Shown piece by piece: positions 58,786-64,000 of a stretch of DNA of 64,000 bases. The translations under genes were made by a program, and so were the position numbers. The stretch covers positions 704,001-768,000 of the forward strand of contig CAWFXA010000002.1 in assembly GCA_963819655.1 (NCBI GenBank), read 5' to 3'. The notes under the pieces were generated by a model. That model did no database searches. It had not been told where the DNA came from and saw only the letters and a list, made by a program, of their open reading frames with translations. The stretch is from an uncultured Chloroflexia bacterium. Lineage in GTDB: Bacteria > Chloroflexota > Limnocylindria > Limnocylindrales > CSP1-4. Within the stretch, counting starts at the first letter, position 1. Each line of letters opens with the position of its first letter.

Positions 58786-60047
58786 TGGCGTCGTTCGGCG
58801 TGCACTCGGAGGTGGGCAAGCTCCGCACGGTCATCGTCCACCGGCCCGATCTCAGCCTCAAGCGGCTGACGCCGGGCAACCACGATGAGCTGCTGTTCGA
58901 CGACGTCCTATGGGTCGAGCGCGCTCAGTGGGAGCACGACCAGTTCGTCGCCCGCATGCGCGAGCGCGGCGTCGAGGTGCTCTACGTTCAGGACCTGCTG
59001 ACCGAGGCGCTCGCCACCGGCGAGGAGGTCCGTCGCCGGCTCATCGAGCTCGTCGCGTCCGAGGCGGTCGTCGGGCCCAGCCTCGTTGAGGCGGTAGGCG
59101 CCTGCCTGTCGAGCTTCCAGCCCGACGCGCTGGCCCGCCACCTGATCGGCGGGCTGACGGTGGCCGAGTCCGGCCTCGACCTCGGACGGCTCAAGGGCTC
59201 ATCGCTCATCTCGGCGGCCATCGACGACGACTCCACCTTCGTCCTGCCACCGCTGCCGAACTCCCTCTTCACCCGCGACTCGTCGTGCTGGATCTACGGC
59301 GGCGTCTCGATCAATCCCATGTATTGGCCGGCGCGTCGCCGCGAGGCTTACAACATGGGCGCGATCTACCGAGCGCATCCCAAGTTCCGGGACGCGTCGT
59401 TCGAATACTGGTATCCGCCGATGGGCGACGACGACCGCTTCCGGCTCGAGGACTTCGGCCGGGCGTCGCTCGAGGGCGGCGATGTCGAGATCATCGGCAA
59501 AGGGACGGTGGCGATCGGGATGTCGGAGCGGACGACCGGGCGGATGATCGAGCAGATCGCCCGGTCGCTCTTTGCCAAGGGGGGAGCGGAGCGAGTCATC
59601 GCCGCGGTCATGACGAAAGACCGCGCCCACATGCACCTCGACACGGTGTTCACGCTCCTCGACCGCGACAAAGCCACCGCATTCCCGCAGGTCGTTGCAG
59701 GGATCAGGGCGTTCAGTCTCAGACCGGGCCCCAAGCCCGGGACGCTGGACGTTCGCGAGGAAAAGGACTTCATCTCAGCGGTCGGGGACGCGCTGGGCGT
59801 CAAGAAGCTCCATGTCGTCGAGACCGGCGGCGATTCGTACCAGCAGGCCCGCGAGCAGTGGGACGACGGCAACAACGTCGTCGCTCTGGAGCCGGGCGTC
59901 GTCGTCGCGTATGAGCGCAACACGTTCACGATCTCGAAGATGCGCGAGGCGGGGGTCGAGGTCGTCACGATCGAGGGCTTCGAGTTGGGCAAGGGCCGTG
60001 GGGGTGGGCACTGCATGACCTGTCCGGTCGTGCGCGACCCGATCTGA
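58785..60047 (+). CDS. arcA: Arginine deiminase
   Basis: VHSEVGKL, LLFDD, FTRD, EGGD, MHLDTV, GRGGGHCMTCP. Confidence 0.96.
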   Translation: MASFGVHSEVGKLRTVIVHRPDLSLKRLTPGNHDELLFDDVLWVERAQWEHDQFVARMRERGVEVLYVQDLLTEALATGEEVRRRLIELVASEAVVGPSLVEAVGACLSSFQPDALARHLIGGLTVAESGLDLGRLKGSSLISAAIDDDSTFVLPPLPNSLFTRDSSCWIYGGVSINPMYWPARRREAYNMGAIYRAHPKFRDASFEYWYPPMGDDDRFRLEDFGRASLEGGDVEIIGKGTVAIGMSERTTGRMIEQIARSLFAKGGAERVIAAVMTKDRAHMHLDTVFTLLDRDKATAFPQVVAGIRAFSLRPGPKPGTLDVREEKDFISAVGDALGVKKLHVVETGGDSYQQAREQWDDGNNVVALEPGVVVAYERNTFTISKMREAGVEVVTIEGFELGKGRGGGHCMTCPVVRDPI

Positions 60048-60058
60048 GGGAGGACGCC

Positions 60059-60199
60059 ATGGACCGCTCGACCCGCTGGATCGTCGGCATCCTCGCCGTG
60101 GTGGGGATCGTGGCCCTTGTGGCGTTCGCGCGGGGAGGTGCGGAACGTGGCAACCCTGACGCATCTCCGCCGGCGGTGATCGTGCACATCACCGCCTGA
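60059..60199 (+). CDS. Small single-TM protein (46 aa) within the arc operon
   Basis: GGAGG RBS, MDRSTRWIVGILAVVGIVALVAFARG..; below the ORF-track size cut-off. Confidence 0.55.
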   Translation: MDRSTRWIVGILAVVGIVALVAFARGGAERGNPDASPPAVIVHITA

Positions 60200-60241
60200 T
60201 ACGGTGGCGAATGATCGGGGGCACCTGGGAGGGGCACGTCG

Positions 60242-61795
60242 ATGACTGACGACACCGGCGCCGGCAAGACGCCAGACGCGGCGCGTTTGCCGCGCGAGCC
60301 GTCCCTGCTGGACTCACTCATCCCGCTCGTCACGCTGATCGGGCTCATCGTCCTGACGATCGCCCTGTTCGGGACCGACGCGACGAGCGGGCCGTTGCAG
60401 GTCGCGCTGCTCACGAGTGCCGTGGTCGCCGGCCTGGTCGCATACAAGAATGGCTTCGCCGTCTCCCGCATCCGCGAGGCGGCGATCGGGGGCGTGTCCT
60501 CCGGGATGAGCGCCCTGTTCATCCTCCTCGCCGTCGGAGCGCTGATCGGAACATGGAACATGGCGGGCACGATCCCGACCGTGGTCTACGCTGGCCTCGG
60601 GCTGCTGAGCGCGACCTGGTTCTACCCCGCGACCGCGATCGTCTGCGGCCTTGTTGGGCTCGCCATCGGCAGCTCCTGGACGACGGCGGCGACGCTCGGT
60701 GTAGCTTTCGTCGCGCTCGCGCCGCTGGTCGGTGCCGATCCGGCCATCACGGCTGGGGCCGTCATCTCGGGTGCCTACTTCGGCGACAAGATGACGCCGG
60801 TCTCGGAGACGACGGTCCTCGTGCCGTCCATGGTCGGCGGCGTGACGACCAATGAGCACATCGGCGCGATGATCTGGACGTCCGGGCCGGCGGTCGTGAT
60901 CGCCATCATCCTGTTCGCCTTCCTTGGCCTCACGACTCCGGCCACGGGACCGGGGTTCAATTCGGCAAGCGCGCAAGCGACGCTCGCCGGCGAGTTCTCG
61001 ATCGGCATCCTCAACATGTTGCCGCTCATCCTGCTCGTCATCTTCTCGATCCGGCGGATCCCGCCGTTCCTGGCGATCTTCAGCTGCGCGCTGTTCGCGG
61101 GCGTATTGGCGTCGTTCACGCAGCCGGCACTCGTGGCGGCGTTCGTCAACCAGCCCGGCCAGGGACCGCTGCTCACCGGGATCGAGGCGATCTACGCGGC
61201 GATGGCGACCGGTTTCGTGTCCACCACCGGCGTCGAGTCGATCGACACTCTCTTCTCGCGCGGTGGGATGGCCGGCATGCTGACGACGATCTGGCTCATC
61301 CTCGGGGCGCTGAGCTTTGCCGCGATCATGGAGGAGGCAGGCTTCCTCGATCGGCTGATCAGGCCGATCGTGGCTCGAGCGAAGACGACCGGGCGACTCA
61401 TCGCGGCCGTCGTCGGCACGTGCGTCGGCCTGAACATCGTCGCCGGCGACCAGTACGTGGCGATCGTGATGCCCAGCCGGGTCTATCGCGCAGAGTTCGC
61501 CCGCCGGGGGATCGCGCCGCGGATGCTGTCGCGCGCGGTGGAGGACTCCGGCACGGTCACCTCTCCGCTCGTGCCATGGAACAGCTGCGGCGCCTACATG
61601 GCGGCCGCGCTAGGGGTCTCCACGTTGGCCTACCTGCCCTTCTGCTTCTTCAACCTGGCGAGCCCTCTCATCTCGCTCCTCTACGGCTTCACCGGGTTCC
61701 GGATCGAGCGCATCCAGCCGACCGGCGAGCCGCCCGCGTCCTCACCGGACATCGGCCCTATCGCGTCGCAGCCCCTGGAGGGAGGCCCAGCTTGA
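60242..61795 (+). CDS. nhaC: NhaC-family antiporter
   Basis: GSSWTT, GAYFGDKMTP, EDSGTVTSPLVPWNSCG. Confidence 0.9.
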   Translation: MTDDTGAGKTPDAARLPREPSLLDSLIPLVTLIGLIVLTIALFGTDATSGPLQVALLTSAVVAGLVAYKNGFAVSRIREAAIGGVSSGMSALFILLAVGALIGTWNMAGTIPTVVYAGLGLLSATWFYPATAIVCGLVGLAIGSSWTTAATLGVAFVALAPLVGADPAITAGAVISGAYFGDKMTPVSETTVLVPSMVGGVTTNEHIGAMIWTSGPAVVIAIILFAFLGLTTPATGPGFNSASAQATLAGEFSIGILNMLPLILLVIFSIRRIPPFLAIFSCALFAGVLASFTQPALVAAFVNQPGQGPLLTGIEAIYAAMATGFVSTTGVESIDTLFSRGGMAGMLTTIWLILGALSFAAIMEEAGFLDRLIRPIVARAKTTGRLIAAVVGTCVGLNIVAGDQYVAIVMPSRVYRAEFARRGIAPRMLSRAVEDSGTVTSPLVPWNSCGAYMAAALGVSTLAYLPFCFFNLASPLISLLYGFTGFRIERIQPTGEPPASSPDIGPIASQPLEGGPA

Positions 61796-63288
61796 CCGCA
61801 GCCACGAACGCGGAGAGTCCGAGCGGAGCGCGTCGCGGCTTCGCCTTGCCGTCGGCGTACACGATCCTGTTCATCCTCATCGTCATCACAGCGATCGCGA
61901 CGTGGATCATCCCGGCGGGAGCCTACGACCTCGACCCCGATGGCGAACCGATCCCCGGGACGTATCACCAGGTCGATCCGAACCCGCAGCGGATCGTCGT
62001 CGACTCGTTGATGGCCCCGATCAACGGGCTCTACGGCATCGAGGGCGAGGACGGGAGCATCAGCGTCTGGAACACGGGTGAGCTGTTCGGCGCGATCGAC
62101 GTCGCCCTGTTCATCCTTGTGATCGGCGGGTTCCTCGGGGTGACCATGTCGACCGGGGCTATCCAGGGCGGCATCGCGCGAATCGTCGCGCGGCTCAGGG
62201 GCCGTGAGGGGTTGCTGATCCCGATCCTGATGACCGTGTTCGCCATCGGCGGGACGACGTTCGGGATGGCCGAGGAGAGCCTGGCGTTCTACGCACTCGT
62301 GATCACGGTGATGATCGCGGCCGGCTACGACTCGCTGGTTGCCGCGTCGATGCTCCTGCTCGGTTGCGGCATCGGCGTCCTCGGCTCGACGATCAACCCG
62401 TTCGCGACCGGCATCGCCTCGGGCTTCGCTGGCGTGTCGATCGAGGAAGGCATCGTCGGGCGTCTCATCATCCTCGTCGTCGGCACGGCCATCGGGATCG
62501 TCTTCGTCATGCGCTACGCCGCGCGGGTCAAGGCCGACCCCGGCCAGTCGCTCGTGACCGACCAGAGAGCGGCGAACGAAGCCCAGTTCCGCACTGGTGC
62601 GGGCGACGACGGCGCTGCGTTGACCGGGGGCCAGAAGGCGGTTCTGATCCTGTTCGCCCTCGCCTTCGTCGTCATGATCTACGGCGTCATCCCGTGGGAG
62701 GACCTCGGCATCGGCCTGCCGACCCTGTGGTGGTGGTTCCCCGAGATGACGGCGTCATTCCTGTTGTTCGCGATCCTCATCGGGATCGTCGCGCGGATGT
62801 CGGAGACCAACTTCACGTCAACGTTCGTCGACGGCACCCGCGACCTGCTGGGCGTGGCGCTCATCATCGGCATCGCCCGCGGCATCACGGTCATCATGAA
62901 CAACGGCCTGATCACGGACACCGTGCTTAACGCGGCTGAGCAGGCGATGGGCGGGCTCGGCGGGGTGGCCTTCATCAACCTCATGTACTTCCTGTTCCTG
63001 CCGCTCTCGTTCCTCATCCCGTCATCGTCCGGCCTAGCGACCGTGGCGATGCCGATCATGGCGCCGCTGGCGAGCTTCGCCGACGTGCCAGCGCCACTCG
63101 TCGTGACCGCCTACCAGAGCGCGAACGGGCTGGTCAACCTCGTGACCCCGACCTCCGCGGTGGTCATGGGTGGGCTGGCTATCGCCCGCGTGGGCTATGG
63201 GACGTGGCTCCGCTTCGTCTGGCCGGTCCTGATCTTGTTGGCGATCCTGACGGTCGTCGTCCTGACGGGTGCGATGCTGCTGCAGTGA
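61792..63288 (+). CDS. YfcC-family (putative arginine/ornithine) transporter
   Basis: PSAYTILF..TWIIPAGAY, GMAEE, STINPFAT, IPSSSG, TPTS; TTG start overlaps the nhaC stop. Confidence 0.9.
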   Translation: MTAATNAESPSGARRGFALPSAYTILFILIVITAIATWIIPAGAYDLDPDGEPIPGTYHQVDPNPQRIVVDSLMAPINGLYGIEGEDGSISVWNTGELFGAIDVALFILVIGGFLGVTMSTGAIQGGIARIVARLRGREGLLIPILMTVFAIGGTTFGMAEESLAFYALVITVMIAAGYDSLVAASMLLLGCGIGVLGSTINPFATGIASGFAGVSIEEGIVGRLIILVVGTAIGIVFVMRYAARVKADPGQSLVTDQRAANEAQFRTGAGDDGAALTGGQKAVLILFALAFVVMIYGVIPWEDLGIGLPTLWWWFPEMTASFLLFAILIGIVARMSETNFTSTFVDGTRDLLGVALIIGIARGITVIMNNGLITDTVLNAAEQAMGGLGGVAFINLMYFLFLPLSFLIPSSSGLATVAMPIMAPLASFADVPAPLVVTAYQSANGLVNLVTPTSAVVMGGLAIARVGYGTWLRFVWPVLILLAILTVVVLTGAMLLQ

Positions 63289-63301
63289 TCGCGCGGAGAG
63301 G

Positions 63302-63937
63302 TCAGCTTCCCTCGATGCGGGCCACCTCAGCGAGCAGTTCAGCGGCGATGGCATCCACGTCGCGGGTGCCATCGAGCCGGATGAGTGGCAGATCCGCGCG
63401 AGCCCACACATCGATGACCGGCGCGACGCGGGTCTCGTAGTCGCTGACGCGGCGATCGAAGACGGCCGCGTCGCCATCATCCGTGCGTCGCTGGAGCTCC
63501 GTCCCGCAGCGGACGCAGATCGTGGTCGGCGTATGGTCCGACCAGCCGCAAGCCGGGCAGATCATGCGCCCGAGCATGCGGTCGCGGCTGACGGCCTCTG
63601 GCGTGTCGACGACGACCGCGATCCCGTGGTCGATCGGGGCCGCGAGCCACGCCTCGAGCTGCGCGATGTCGCGCGGGAAGCCGTCGAGGATCACTCCGGT
63701 CGTGTCCGACGGCAGGCCCTGGATGAACTCGCGCACGATCCGGACCGCCAGCTCGTCGGATCCGTACCCGCCGGCCGCCATCGTCTCGCGCAAGGCCCGC
63801 TGCTCATCCGAGGGTCCGGCGGCCCACTCGCGCATCGCTTGGCCGGTGGAAAGGGCCAGGTAGCCGGCCTCGGCCAATCGCTGGCCCACCGTGCCTTTGC
63901 CCGATGCGGGTCGCCCGAAGAGGACCAGCGTCGTCAT
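63302..63937 (-). CDS. Adenylate kinase family nucleoside monophosphate kinase
   Basis: GRPASGKGT P-loop, LSTG, ILDGFPR, Zn-lid CPAC..CVRC, RRTDD. Confidence 0.85.
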   Translation of the reverse strand: MTTLVLFGRPASGKGTVGQRLAEAGYLALSTGQAMREWAAGPSDEQRALRETMAAGGYGSDELAVRIVREFIQGLPSDTTGVILDGFPRDIAQLEAWLAAPIDHGIAVVVDTPEAVSRDRMLGRMICPACGWSDHTPTTICVRCGTELQRRTDDGDAAVFDRRVSDYETRVAPVIDVWARADLPLIRLDGTRDVDAIAAELLAEVARIEGS

Positions 63938-64000
63938 GTCGACCTCCCGGCGCCGAACCGCTCGGCGAGCACGCCATGGCGGAGCCCGAAATCGCTGACC

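Overview
High-GC bacterial chromosome segment. The gene families suggest a Chloroflexota- or Actinomycetota-like soil/aquatic organism, but this is inference. The centrepiece is a ~16.8 kb integrative element (17869-34723) inserted in the 3' half of tRNA-Thr(CGT). It is bounded by an exact 46-bp att direct repeat and carries a tyrosine integrase, an excisionase-like HTH, a replication-type ATPase and a frameshifted ParB-DNA methylase. Inside it, next to a second, non-IntI tyrosine recombinase, is an array of unrelated single genes. Each gene is separated from the next by a conserved 25-bp direct repeat (TGGCTTAGTGTCCGGGAATGTCACC; 9 clear copies, 21352-26167). The cargo is immunity-like, lipoprotein and HEPN-type genes, many with their own leaderless -10 promoter. 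This looks like an integron-like or rAID-like gene-cassette capture system with a non-attC site. Left of the element: a BTAD regulator, a partner-switching operon (PP2C/anti-sigma fusion, two STAS proteins, two membrane proteins with an apparently split GAF domain) and a MalT-like regulon. Right of the element: many ArsR/SRPBCC/VOC/DHFR-like accessory genes, a RibA-RibD/ADH/PTPS/glycosyltransferase cluster, two arginase-family genes, MFS and SulP transporters, and an arginine deiminase operon (arcB-arcC-arcA-nhaC-yfcC). Several frameshifted genes and gene remnants are present. All product calls come from motif recognition by eye; no database searches were run.
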